Origin: Camelus dromedarius
Taxonomy: Eukaryota
Assembly (NCBI RefSeq): GCF_036321535.1
Contig: NC_087436.1
Location: 114,888,001 to 114,952,000 of the forward strand
Reading direction: 5' to 3'
Length of the DNA: 64,000 nucleotides
The notes beneath the pieces were generated by a model, which was given only the letters and a program-made list of their open reading frames with translations, did no database searches and was not told the origin of the DNA. A program made the position numbers and the translations under genes. Every line of letters starts with the position of its first letter. The first letter of the stretch is position 1. This document shows positions 1 through 12,731 of the stretch, in pieces.

Positions 1-1613
1 CTCTAGAAAGTTCCTTCATGCCCACTTCTAGCCAATTCCTGCACATCCTTCTCCCCTAAAACAGCCACTATTTTGATTTCTTTCACTGTTGGTTTAACTT
101 TCCCTAGAACTTCATATAAACGGAACCAGACAGTATGAACCGTTTTGTACTTGTTTTTAATTCACTCAGCAGTGTTTTGAGACTCATTCCCTATCGTTGG
201 GTATATCAATAGTTTGTTCCTTTTATTACTAAGTAGTATTACATTATATAAATATTCTGAAGTTTGTTTATTTATTTTTTCTTATGGAACATTTGTGGGG
301 TTTTTTGTTTGTTTTTAGTTTTTGGCTTTCATAAAAAAAGAGCGGTGAACATTCTTTGGCAAATATGTTTGTGGACATAGAACATAAGTTTTCATGGATT
401 ATAGGATGTTTAATTTTATAAGAAACTGCCAAACCATTTTCCAAATCAGTTGTACTATTTTACACACTCATCAACAAGTTATGAGCATTCCAGTTACTCC
501 TTATCCCCATCAGCACTTGGTATGTTGTCTTTAACATTTTAGCCTTTTTAATGAGTGTGTAGCAGTATCTCCAGGTGGTTTTAATTTCCATTTTCCTGAT
601 GACTAATGTCGAGTACCTTGTCATGAACTTTTAGGCCATTCATCTATTTTGTTCATCTTCATTCATCTATGTCTGTTCAAGAATTTTGCTTCCCACCCAC
701 CCCTGTCATTTCTATATAGGTTTTCTTGACTTTTTATGTTTGAGTTTTAGATGTTCTTTATATATTCTGGTTACAAGTCTTTGTTCGATTTATTCTGCAA
801 TTATTTTCTTCCATTGTATGACTTGTCTAGCCATTTTCCTAATTGTTTCTTTTGATGAATAAAAGTCCAATTTTGATGAAGTCCAGTTTATCTTTTTTTT
901 CCCCTTTTATGGCTAGTACTTGAAGGGTTCTGCACAGAAAATCTTTGCCTACTTGCAGGCTATGAAGATAGTCTCCTATACGTCATAGTTTGCTTTTTAC
1001 CTGTAGGTCTATGATTTATTTTCAGTTGTTATGTGTGTGTATGGTGTGAGGTAAGGGTTTATACAATTTTCCCCTATATCTAGTTATTCTAGCACAATTT
1101 ATTGAAAAACATTCTTACCTCATTGAATTGTTCTGTATATTTTGTCAAAACTTAATTGACTATCTAAGTGAGACTGTATCACTTGCCTTGTTCCCATTTG
1201 GGGGGAAAAGCTTTACATTAATTGGGTTTTTAAACCAATTTTGCATTTCTTGGATGAACTTTTCTTAATCATAATACATTATCTTTTTAAAATGTTACAG
1301 CATTTGAAAGGCTAATTTAAGAAAATACGTATTTTCTGTCTATATTCATGTGCAGTGTTGCTCATTAGTTTTCTTTTAATGTTTTTGAGCGATTTTGGTA
1401 TCATTGTTATGCTGGGCTCATAAAATAAGGGAGCAAGATTGCTATTGTTTTTTACTTACCTATTTGATGGAATCCACTAGTGATGCCATCTCTGGAGCTT
1501 ACTTTATGGTATGCTTTTTATTTACTAATTCAATTTCATTGATAAATATGACTATTTAGATTTTCTGTTTTTTTAGGTGTATAGGATCTATGATGTTATT
1601 TCCTCTTTCATCC

Positions 1614-1774
1614 CTTTTTTGTCTTTAAAATTTTTATTTTATTTTATTTTTTCTGGGAGAGGGTTAATTAGGTTTATTTATTTACATATTATTTTTAGTG
1701 GAGGTACCAGGGATTGAACCCAGGACCTCATGCATGCTAAGCATGAACTCTCCCACTGAACTATATCAGCCCCC
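1614..1774 (-). mobile_element. tRNA-Ala-derived SINE, camelid Vic-1 type
   Basis: Reverse complement reads GGGGGCTGATATAGTTCAGTGGGAGAGTTCATGCTTAGCATGCATGAGGTCCTGGGTTCAATCCCTGGTACCTCC (A/B boxes) plus an A-rich tail. TSD TTTCCTCTTTCAT at 1599-1611 and 1775-1787. Confidence 0.88.
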
Positions 1775-3077
1775 TTTCCTCTTTCATTCTTGATACTGAT
1801 AATTTGTGTTTTCCCACTTTTTGTTTTCTTGCTGAGTTTAGGTAGAGATTTATTATTAACGTTGTCAAAGAGCCAAATATTTGGTTTTATATGATTTCCT
1901 CTGTGCTTTTTATCTTCTATTTTATTACTTTCTTTTACATTATTTTCTTCCTTCTACTGACTTCAGATTTAATTTCCTCTTTTTATTTCTAGCTCCTATA
2001 AACCTTTAAACCTTTATTATTTTCTAGTACAAGCATATAGAGCTATAAAATTTACTTTAAGCAGTGATTTAGCTGCATCCCAGTGCATGTTTAGGTATGT
2101 TTTGTCATTCAGTCCAAAGTATTTTCTAATTTAGCTTGTTATTTTTTCTTTGACTTTGGTTAATTTGTAGTGTGTTTCTTAATTTTTAACTATTAGGTTT
2201 TCCAGCTATATTTTTGGTATTGAGATCTATTTTAATTCTTCTATATTTAGAGAATATGCTCTGAATAATTTCAATATTTTTAAATTTATTGAAGCCTTTT
2301 TATGGCCTAATAAATGTTCTATCTTGGTGAATATTCTGTTGACAAATGAAAAGAATGTGTATTCTGGAGTTGATGGTTGTAGGGTTTTATAAAGAATAAG
2401 GTCAGTTTGGTTGACAGATGGCACTTTCAGATTTTCTAGACAATTTTTAAATTTTTGTCTGCTTTTGCAGGAAATATTCATACAGTGTTAAGATCTCCAG
2501 ATATTATTTGTGTTTATCTATTTGTCCCTTTAGTTCTTTAGTTTTTACTTGCTGTATTATAAAGCTTTTTTATTTGGTAAATATATATTTAGTATTGCTA
2601 TTTCTTCTTGATGAATTGACCATGCTATCATTTAAAAATATCTCTCATTATTTCCAGTAATACTCCATGTCCTAAAGTTTATTTTGTCTAATATTAATAT
2701 AGACACTCATCTTTCTTACTAGTATTGGCATGATACATGCTTTTCTATTTGCTACCTTTAATGTATCTTGTCTTTCCATTTAAAGTGCATCTAAAAATAC
2801 ACAACCTATGGTTGCATCTTGCTTTCTGTTTTCAGTTCACTCTCGGATTTTCTGCTATTGATTGATTTTTTTAGTTCATTTACATGGTTATTGATATTGC
2901 TTTACTTTGTCTATCATTTTGATTTTTGTTTTATTTTTGTCTGTTATGATTTAATAGTGTCCATCACATAAGATCCTTACAAAAGTGTATTTCCATTTGT
3001 CTTTCCTACACTGTGCTATTTTTTCTATTCATTTTACTTTTACATATGTGATTTTTCTTTTAAGAGTCAATTAATTT

Positions 3078-3421
3078 TTGTCTTCTACTGTCTTGGGGTA
3101 AATATTTGGTAAAATTGTCCCTAACTTGAACTTTGGATTTCTTAGACTGATTCATTATTAGGCAAAACAACAACAACAAAATTGATGTCAATCTGTGGGT
3201 CTTTTTTTTTTTTTTCTTAATGGCAGTCTTCATGGTGTGACCTGGTTTCCTGCACAGCTCAGTTCATCACCTTCACAGCTCTGAGAAGGAATGATGTCTG
3301 TTTTATTGTGGCCTCAGGCATTGCATACTCCTGGGACCTTTTGTAAGATGGCAAAGCAGGCTTGACTCAAAAGAATTTTAAATTTTATTTTATTAAACAG
3401 AATATTAATTTAACCCTTCAA
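3078..3421 (+). pseudogene. Probable 5'-truncated retrocopy of an unidentified mRNA 3' UTR inserted into the old L1
   Basis: Non-L1 sequence flanked by AAGAGTCAATT (3062-3072) and AAGAGTCAGTT (3422-3432) at a TTTT/AAGA site. ATTAAA at 3392-3397 lies about 22 nt before CA plus a residual A run. L1-like text resumes after the second repeat. Confidence 0.5.
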
Positions 3422-5829
3422 AAGAGTCAGTTGTTTTCTGAATACATTAAGAAACATGGGCAAAGGTATTTTATATTTACCATTTCTTTTCAGGTGGAGA
3501 ATGCAGATAAGTAAACTTACTGTTGTGATACAGTTTAATAAGTGCCTTAGAGGGTAGGATGGGGCATTTTAGGAACATCAGAGAGAAATGCTTACCAGAA
3601 CCATTTGGTATGTAGCACGTGTTCAACAAAAGTTTGTGAAATTAAATGGCAAATGCCTTAAATTTGTTCTACAAGATTTCAAAAAATACCTCATTAGTTT
3701 ATTCATTTAATAAATATTTATTCAGTATTTACAGTGGGATAAACTTTGTTCAAGGAGTCTGGAAAACAGGTCCAAATAAGAGAGCCCCAAATGTTTCTTA
3801 AACAAATTCATAAATGCAAAATACCTCATTAATAAATTCATAGATGTTTGTTAAGTGCCTCTGTTGCAGGCACAGTTCTAAAACTCTTATATACTTATAT
3901 AAGCAATTAGTGAAAATGATCTATCATTGCTATTATTTGGAAAGAGAATTTTAGGCACAAAATTTTACGCATGTAATAAATATGGTAGATTTTAGATAAA
4001 GTGAATATGGGCAGGCTGCTCTGGGGATAATCTTCCAAGGAGATGATCAGGAACCAGCCCTATGATTCTTGTACTCTGTCATCTGCTTTGAGAATGTAAA
4101 TGTTTGAGAAAATGAAGAGAAAGACTGAGGTGCAGGCGAGGGTGGTCTTTTTCCTGCTGAGAGTGAAGGGTGGGGGTGTTACATCTTTCTCATGTTTGGA
4201 GGGCTTCGATGGGGCCACTCATTAAGCTTCACTTATGTTCCCGGCGGTTGGTGGACAACAAGGACCAAGATACACCATCACCTCGGAAAAGCTATAGCAA
4301 CCATGTCAGGTCAGAACAAATAAAGTACAGTGCTGGGGAAGCAACCAGTGGAGGAGGAAGTACAGGAGCATGTTTCGTGGACCAGGTAGTGACAGAGCCA
4401 GCCAGGGGCCATTTCATGTCTTGCCCAAGAGGGCTGCCTGGGAGCGCACTTAGGCTCAAATGCCACAGTGGATGTGAGCCTTATCCCTGGGGAGTCTAGG
4501 GCGGGGGGAAGCAGCCAGCTGAAGGAGAGGCATGGTCCACGTCAGAGTGGTAGATGGAGGGTCCGGCAGAGAAGCTTCCAGACAACTTTCCGAGCATCCA
4601 CGAGGAAAGTCACTGCTGTGCCCTCGCCGGGCCCAGCGAGCATGAAGACGTTCATGTCAGCAGGACTGCCCTTTCTCCTTCTCTTTTGCCAACTCATTCT
4701 TTTGACTTTTATGGGGTGTGGAGCAGCATCTAGTGAGTCGGGGAAGAAATAGAAGATAAAAAGGACAGAAGCCAAATACACCTTCTCTGAGGACAGCTGC
4801 CCCTTAGCCTTAGGTGGGGGAGGGGTGGGAGGCGTCCCACCTGGAGAGAAGAGTGACTTGGAAATAGTGCCTTGGGCAGAGGCTTTCAGTAACTGAGTTG
4901 AAATTGTGCTTTGTGACTTAATAAGGCAGAAGAACTACAAGAGTGAAATAAAAAGTTATGGTTCCAGACAATTTTTCATCTTCCTCCTCTGAATAATTTT
5001 GAAAAAGACCGTAAGAGACAAAAAAATCAGGGTTTTTATTCACATCCTATGAGTTGTGCTTGTCTAATCAACTGACTGCGCCTTGAAAATTCTTTCCAAA
5101 TACCAGCAGTCATTTCCTGTATGTCATCTCCAATCCTCAGACCAAATGAGTCCTGTCAATATTGTCCACAGATTTAAAGCCTGTTTTCACTTGAAAGATC
5201 AAGGAATTTATAATCAGTTTTCCAGTGTTGTCACAAGACTCAGGTTTGAGGGTTGAAGACTCTAGGCATCCAGGATCCCTTTCTCTGCTCAGACTTCTGT
5301 CGGAGGTCTTGGGATGAATAACTGTATGGTGGGAAAGAGGGAGCGTTAATTACATAACTTGGACTTTCCCTTTAATATGGGGACAAAAGAGGGCAGTAAC
5401 TAAAAAGCCCACTTGTGACAGACAGGTAAGCACGAGGGCTGTACCAGAAGCTACTTTTTGGTGACTCTTGTGCGCAGACTGCCTCTCTTGGCTATTGCTT
5501 GGGTAACTGCCCCCAGTTAGTTCCCCTTGGAAAGACAAACAGCATTAAAACTAAAGAAAGTTCTACAGCTGACTCTGTGGCATTAGAATTATCACCCAAC
5601 AAAATCGCTGTCTGCAGCCAAGGGACACCTTGTCACAGTGTCAGAGCAGGCCTGGCCGAAGGCATCCTGGGGAAAAAGAGAAGCCTGTCTAGACAGATTG
5701 GAATGTCTCGTGTGCCTAATTAAACAGTCCCTCTTAGAGCTCGTGCTGTGTGAACAGTTTGCTTGTTTATTAATGACTTGTGGAACATACCTTTAAAGAG
5801 GTGCCACGCACTTCATCCCCTTCCATGGA

Positions 5830-6010
5830 TTCATGGGAACTGGGAGCCCAACAGGGCCCTAGGGATCAAATAATCCAATCTTGTAAGTTTCCAGAAGAGA
5901 AAAACCAAAGATCGGAGAGATCAGAGAGAAAAACGAGGCTGAGCAGCGAGTTGGTGGCAATGACAACACGAGAACCCAGGTCTCCGACACCTGGTCCAGT
6001 GCTCTCTCCA
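5830..6010 (-). mobile_element. MIR SINE relic
   Basis: Degenerate antisense MIR core (…gaagagaaaaccaaagatcggagag…agaacccaggtctccgacacctggtccagtgctctctcc). Confidence 0.6.
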
Positions 6011-6199
6011 CCAAGCCAGCCTGTCTGTTCTGTTGACAGACAGCGTGCCCACCCCCAGAGATGCTGCTGACAAATCCCCAGGTGGCAGTTTGTCCCCCAG
6101 AGCTATCTTATTTATTAAAAGTCCCTCATTACTGGTATTCCTTTGGGTTGTCAGTCTGGCTTTTTGCTTTAAAACTATAAATGCCCCCTAATGGGTAAC

Positions 6200-6590
6200 A
6201 CAACTCAGGCTTGGACTTTCCTAGAAGCCGTTTATTTTGGAGATGATTCTGGGGAGCACTAGTGTGGGGTGGGGAGCAGACAGGGAAAAGGAAACCAGGA
6301 GAGGTTTGCTGTTGAAAAGGTGACTGCTATTGGCAACCAAAGATCCAGCCCTTTGGGGAACTCAGAAATATATTCAACACTTCCTGCAGAGTTGTTCCAT
6401 CAGAAGGGTGAGGAAGTTAGAGTGGTTATCTTTCCACTCTCATTGGTTGACACTGACCCCAGGGACTGCAGATGCTTTCCTTCATCTTGTCTGTCATGCT
6501 TGCACCAGGCTCTAAGGCAGAGCGTCACCAGTGTTCGCAGTAAGTCCCCGTGGGCACATCTTGGACCGGGGATACAGGGAAGGCACTGAC
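6200..6590 (-). mobile_element. ERVL-class solo LTR relic (LTR16/LTR33-related group)
   Basis: tttattttggagatgattctggggagcactagtgtggggtgggg…gacagggaaaaggaaacca…gtgactgctattggcaac resembles the antisense 3' part of old ERVL LTRs; subfamily uncertain. Confidence 0.55.
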
Positions 6591-7219
6591 AGCACCTGGG
6601 CTGAGTTGCTCTCTGTCAGTCCTTCCTGTCTTAGCATAAACTAGACTGCCTGAATGCTTTGCCCCCATGACATCTAACGAAAAATGAGTGAGGAAAATGG
6701 TAGATTTGTTGGGGACGGGAGGAGTTGTGGCAAAGAGTTTGGGTAAAAAAACATGCCCAGAAGATAGCGAGACTCATGTTTTAAGATGAGTTTACAACAC
6801 AGGGTTCTGAGGGCTGACCTGTTTATAGGTTACTTGACACATTTTAATGAATCAAAGCCAACAATTTATAGTTGCCAGCCTGCCTACAACCTTCTTCCCC
6901 CTTTCTACTCCCAGCCCCAATTTTATTAAAAAATACGGACAATCAGGGAGGAACAGATGCCATAAAACTCACTTTTAAATTATCTCAGTATATTTTGATT
7001 CAAGCCAAACTTTTCCATTCCGTTTTATTTTATGTAATTCAATTCAATGAGATCAAACATTTATCAGTTACCTTTTATGTGCTCAGTAAATGTGCTTTTT
7101 ATGACTTTTCTTTGAGTAAATCATGGTGTGTTAGCTTTGTTAAATGAACGGGGCACCTTGTGTCTGCCTACTAATCTCAATCTCCAGATATGTTCCTACC
7201 CCCGACTGCTGTTTATCAA

Positions 7220-7440
7220 TCAATCAGTATTGTTTAGGGGAAAGCATATTGGACTTGAAATGAGATTTAGTTCTGAGGCATCACTCAGTGCCTATTTAGT
7301 CAGCAAATCATTGGGAAATCTGTATCACTAAGCCTTTCTTTCTGGAAAATGAGGTGGTCACACCTGGTCTGCGTAACCGTATTCTGTGTAGGACTCATGG
7401 CATCACACCTAGGAGAGAGTTTTGTAACCTGTAACGCACT
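7220..7440 (+). mobile_element. MIR SINE relic
   Basis: gggaaagcatattggacttgaaatgag…gggaaatctgtatcactaagcctttctttctggaaaatgagg, a degenerate MIR core. Confidence 0.55.
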
Positions 7441-7781
7441 TATATTTATTCTGCAAACATTATCTTAGTGCCTGCTACACACGGTGACAGTTGCTGGATA
7501 CATGTTGATAAAAAAAAAAAACCCTGATCCCTACTTTCACGGGATTTACCACCTAGAGACATTCAACAGCATGGTGACTATTTACAACATGGTGTAGGAG
7601 GCACAAACACATAGAACACACCACCTCTGTTTCTGTGGATTTTGTGATCTAGAGAAGAGGAGGGAAAGTTAATGAAAAACTAACAAGGCAGTATGCGTGA
7701 TTCTAGTGTAGTGCTTTGGTACACAGAGGAAGAATATCTGACGGATGAGTAGGCTTTCAATCAAATAAATTGGAGAAAACA

Positions 7782-8263
7782 TGGCAGTAGGAGGCACTGG
7801 GAGGCTCTGCACAGATCTCCCTGGATCCCATTACTGGCTCTCTGCTTCTCTCTCCCGGCTTCCCAGCAACTTTGCCTCCAAAGTGGGTCCCTGTGTCTGT
7901 TCACTGGAGGCCTGCCCTTGGCTCTCCCTAGACTTGCAGACAGCTAGAAGTACCGGGGAGCTTAGTTCCTGGGGCAGCCCTGGTTGATGACTAATTAGCA
8001 TGGGAGGATAAAAGCTCAACTCTCCTGCCCAGGATTGGGACAAAGTTGGAGGCATAATTCGCACTTACGAGCTCCCTGTGGGAATAGCTAAAGTTACCCT
8101 CTCTGGGACGGTGCCTGAAATCACACCCTTGCCTGGCTGCTTCTCCCGCAGTGCTGTGCTGCTTCTGCTCTTACTGGTTTCTCGTGGGCACACATCCTTA
8201 GTAAATTGCTTGCACACAAATTCTTGTCTCACAGTGTGTTCCTGGGGAATGCAACCCAAAACA
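7782..8263 (+). mobile_element. ERVL solo LTR, LTR16-like
   Basis: Ends agtaaattgcttgcacacaaattcttgtctcacagtgtgttcctggggaatgcaacccaaaaca, matching the recalled LTR16 3' terminus; internal gggaggataaaagctcaactc. Confidence 0.7.
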
Positions 8264-8783
8264 AAGGGCATTTCAGGTGGTTGATGGCCTGGGGAAGGCT
8301 GCAAGTTTAGGAAGGTGGAAGGTATTATGGAGAACAGCATGGTTTATGCTTGTGGCTGGAGGTTGTGAATTTGACATTAAACCACGTCATATTCATTCAT
8401 TTGTGAAACGTTTATTGGGCAGTTCCTATGAACCTAGTACTGGTTTTAGCCCCTGGGAGATATGAGCAGAAAAAAAAAAAAAGGTGAAATCCCTGACCTG
8501 GTGGAACGGATAGTCTAATGGGAGAAGAAGAAAATAAAGAATAAACATAATAAGTCAGTTTTATATGTTGTGTGTTAGAAGCTGAGCTACATAAATAATA
8601 GGAGGTTTATTGATTTCATATAATTTGGGGGAAGATTTTTGCCAATATGTCATGGTAAGATGATACATCATCTTGGGTTCTCATTTGATTTTTTTTATCA
8701 ATAATATTTCAACAGCTAGAGTTTTAGAGTATACCTAAGCAGTGACTTACGGAGAAACCGTCTTAAAGTTGGGAAGGAGTGAC

Positions 8784-9326
8784 TGTATTATTTATGAGTT
8801 ATTGTGTAACAAAAATTATCCCCCAAAGTAGCAGCTTAAAAGAACACTTATTACCTCAGGGCTTTTGTGGATGGGTGAATGTGGGTGAGGCTTAGCTGGC
8901 CTCTCTGGCTCGGGTCTTCTCAAGGGCCGCAGTCTAGAGGCTGGCTGGGGCTCAGGCATCTCAAGGCTGGACTGGGAGAAGATGGGGGATTTGCTTCTGA
9001 GCTCACTCACATGCCTGATTGACATAGACAGCAGTTCCTTGTCACACAGCTTTAACCATAGGGCCACTGACCACGTGGCAACTTACATCCCCCAGAGTGA
9101 GGGCTCTGGCATGGAGAGAGAGAGAGAAGCAGAGACAGAGAGACAGAGAGAGAGTCACAGAGAGGGGAGCGAGTTACAGACCTTTTGTACCCTCGTCTGG
9201 GAAGTGGCATCCCACGGCTTTTGCCGTATCCTGTTTGGCAGAAGCACTTGGTGCAGCCTGTAAACAAGAGCACGAACACCAGGAGACAGGCGTCACGGGG
9301 GACCATTTTGTAGGGTGCTGACCACA
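8784..9326 (-). mobile_element. MaLR solo LTR (MLT1F/G-like) with internal (GA)n-rich tract at ~9113-9165
   Basis: Starts tgtatta…tgtgtaacaaaaattatcccccaaagtagcagcttaaaagaacacttattacctca; ends gaccattttgtagggtgctgaccaca. Confidence 0.75.
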
Positions 9327-11849
9327 ATGATATTTCGTTTATATTCTAAGTATTAGAGGCTTGACTAGACCCTTGCTTTCTGAGAAATGGGGTCATGATA
9401 TCAGGTGATCTCCAGCATAATTACTGGCCTGATTTTTGCACAGAAGTTTTAAGGCAAGTTATCCCAGTTCAACTCTTGATGTTATAATACAATTATAAAT
9501 ACTTGATTTCAGAAAACCTATTTCATTCTCTGAAATGTGATGTTTGTCATATAGCTAGAACTTTGCGTTGGCGTTTGCAAAGTTGATCACATAATAAATA
9601 TTTTTAAACAGCCTGCAGTGTGGGCTGTACTGGGTGCCTCTTCTTAAAATCAAAGAGTAATCCAGCTTGGAATAAAAGTGGATCCTTTGTTGATGAGTAT
9701 TGCCATTCCTCCTTGGGTCTCCTGTCCCAGCGTTGCCATGGGGCCAGCTGCCGCTCTGTCTCCTCTGGATTGTTAGCTTTGATAAGTAATGTGGTGTGGG
9801 CTGAAGCCTCGGAGTTGGCATCAGTTCCAGCGATTAGGTGGTTATAAAAAGGTGAGCTGGGGTCATTTCCACAGAAGTCTTATTTATAACGAAAATGATT
9901 GTAAAAGCTAGGGGTTGAAAGATAAACCACTGATAATCAGGAGTTCCTGAAACCCCCAGATCTTGTTCTGAGACTTACAGAGGTTTAATGGTGGATGTCA
10001 TATTATCAGTAAGGTGGCTAAAAAATACACAATCCCAACCTCATCCCCCGAGTGACCTTTTCTTTGGAAAGTAGCCGCCTTTCCCCCTGTTTATACAGAT
10101 AAAAATAACTTCAAATCATGGTGCAGGTTTGAGGCATAGATTTTGGGAGAAGGAATTGAAGCTGGGACTTACTTTCCAGCCTCACCTTCCTCTTAGCGCA
10201 TACACCTTTGACACTAGTGACCAATGGAAGGGTCACGTGAATGAAAGGGGAAGATCGGGGTAGGCAAGGAAAACGCAGTAACACAGAGTAGAGAGGTCGG
10301 GAGCATTTCTGAAGGAAGAGTGTAAATCAAGGGTTTTGGTTTTTTTCGTTTTATGAGAGGCCACCCGGATGGTCAGGGTGCCAAGCAGGCCATGATGTTG
10401 TGAAAAATAACAATGGAGCCAGCAGGATGTCGTCATGCAAACATCATCTCAAACAGGAGGGCGGGGGCTGCTCTCTCCTACTGCCCCAGGTTCTCACTGT
10501 CCTCTCCCCACCCCATACCCCTGCTCTGCCAGTTTCTTCCCAAGGTCCTGGTTGGCCCTCCAAGGCCCCGAACACCTTTGTTGAACAATAAACACAAATG
10601 ACCGCGGTGGTCCTGTCAGCCCCAGCTCTTCGTGAAATAACGGCTGGTCTGCAGCCCAGGCTGGAATGGTTTTCCCAGCAAACCCACGTGTTTACGCGGA
10701 CAGGCAGTGGGGGCTACCTTGCAGTGTCCTTCCCCCGTCACTGTAAGATCTTTAGTAGCCCAGAGTTGTGAGGAACACATCTTTGCATTGTCCTTCAGAG
10801 TCAGTTACACATCAAACACTGTGCTTACAAACTCTTACATTTTGGAAAGAACACTTCACAGTGATTAAACATTTAGGTATGGCACACACTCAAAACTCTG
10901 ATAATTTACTCAGACTTTATAACTTACAGAAAAACATGAATTATTGTCCAGTGATATACACATATAAATATACACACATATATTATAAAAGATTTCTTTT
11001 CCCTGCATGTGGAGTATCCAAGATGCTGGATGAAAAAATGCATCTGTTTTCCTGCATGTTTGCTTTTTTTTTTTTAATGGTACCATAAATCCAGGGAACT
11101 CCTTCTTGGACCACTAGCCTCTTTCAATAGAAGCATGTTTTCACTGGGATTTCCACATTCATAATTATTCCTCTCATTTCTCTGCTGTGAGAAGACAAGC
11201 TGCTATTTCATTGCTTTGGGGAAGTTAATAATATGGTAGGCAAAACATCAGGAAAAATTATAATGAATGAAGCTATACAAATGGAGGGAAACACATGCTG
11301 CTGTTCTAAAATGCTCCTGTCATAAATCCTGGAAGTTTCACTATAGTCACAAGCAAATAACCCTTTAACGCATAAACACTCAGTTAATTAGATGTAATAC
11401 GCTGTGTAAGTTTGGAGGTGTTCTAAATAAAGGAAAGGTCAAATAATGGTACTTGAAACCACTGGCTCATAGTAGTTCCTCTCTTATTCTAAATTTCTCA
11501 GCTGGAACGAGACCCTTCTGCGCCCCTCTTTAAAAGAACTGCTCACATAGTTTATAAATATACTATTACTGGCTCCTTATTTAGGACATGGTGATCAAGC
11601 CTCACACCCAGACTGAAAAAAAAACCTTTACTTGTCTTAAATTTCTCTCTCTTGGGATGTCTCCCGAGAAGCTGTTTGAAGAGTTCTGTTTTTTCCATTA
11701 TTCCCAATTTATGGAAGCACGGGTTTTATTCCCCTCCAGCCCCTCTTAAGTTTCTTGGAACATTTTATATGGTGCTTACGGGGACACATCTCACCTGACT
11801 GATATTTGGTAATCCCTAAATAGCTACTTCTCAAGTATGACTCCGAAAG

Positions 11850-12230
11850 TCCTCTTAATAGAGGGGCAAACATTTTGAGAAGCAGAGAGCCTTTCGGGGC
11901 ACCAGGCTGAGTTAGGTGGCTCTTCCGTGGGTGTTGGTATTACCTCGTGCCTGTCACTGTGTTCCCTGTAATTTATGGAAGGTAGTTTTTAGTATGTGTC
12001 TGCCTTCTACACATTTGGGACTGTATCTCCTTCATCTTTGTGGTCTCAGTGGCCAGCACTTTACCTGAAACAGAGTAATGTTCAAGATATGTTTCATAAT
12101 TGCATGTATTCATTCATTCATTCATTCATTCATTCATACAAAAAATGTCCGTTTCATGCTTGGTCCTGGGCCAGACACTGGAGGGCTGTGGTGAATCAGA
12201 AGCAGAAGGTTCCTCAGGATCTGAGGGTTG
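11850..12230. mobile_element. Two tail-to-tail L2 3' ends meeting at a (TTCA)n repeat (~12109-12137)
   Basis: + strand L2 tail (gggactgtatctccttcatctttgtggtctcagtggccagcac…) followed by (TTCA)n and an antisense L2 tail (gccagacactggagggctgtggtgaatcaga). Confidence 0.6.
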
Positions 12231-12731
12231 GCTGTGTTTTTATATGTTTCAGTAACCTAAAACAAAATAACTTCATAGAAGGAAGGAGCTTCGAAGATTT
12301 GCTCTTTGACACCTTCCCTGTGTAACAAGGAAACCTTGACCTGAGTCAGGGTGTGTCTTATTTTTAGTGTCAGAACTGGCTAGACCCAGAACTCGGCTCT
12401 TTTTCATTGTGTCTCCCCCAAACCATGTGGTCCCTGCTTACTACCTTTTAATTGTACAACACTTAAAAAACTACGTGACTGCCAGGGAACAGATGGAGCA
12501 GCAAGCCTCTTTTGGGAAGAGTTGTTGGGCCACTTTTCTTCTTACAGAAACCAGAAAAATCTCATCCATTGATCCAGAGGCATTGACTTAGCCTTAAATT
12601 TAAAAAAAAATTTAAACATTACTGAAGTGACAGCTCTTAGAATTATTATGCGTAATGCATAATACTGTATAGGAGGTTTAGAATTGTAGAATATTTTTCT
12701 ATGAAGTGGAGAGAATAAAGGAAGGAAGACT

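Larger units (their letters stand above)
1..3490 (-). mobile_element. Ancient, internally deleted LINE-1 (L1M-type): 3' UTR, ORF2 remnants and inter-ORF region; interrupted by a SINE and a probable retrocopy
   Basis: T-rich antisense L1 text throughout. ORF 2227-2481(-) gives DLILYKTLQPSTPEYTFFSFVNRIFTKIEHLLGHK, resembling the L1 endonuclease motif DIYRTLHP..EYTFFS..H.TFS+IDH+LGHK. 1170-1215 resembles the antisense RT region. Confidence 0.85.

Noticed and set aside
4100..4970. GC-richer block with three overlapping ORFs; possible old Gypsy/ERV-type LTR
   Set aside because: The ORFs show no recognisable similarity, and the LTR resemblance is too weak to call without a Dfam search.
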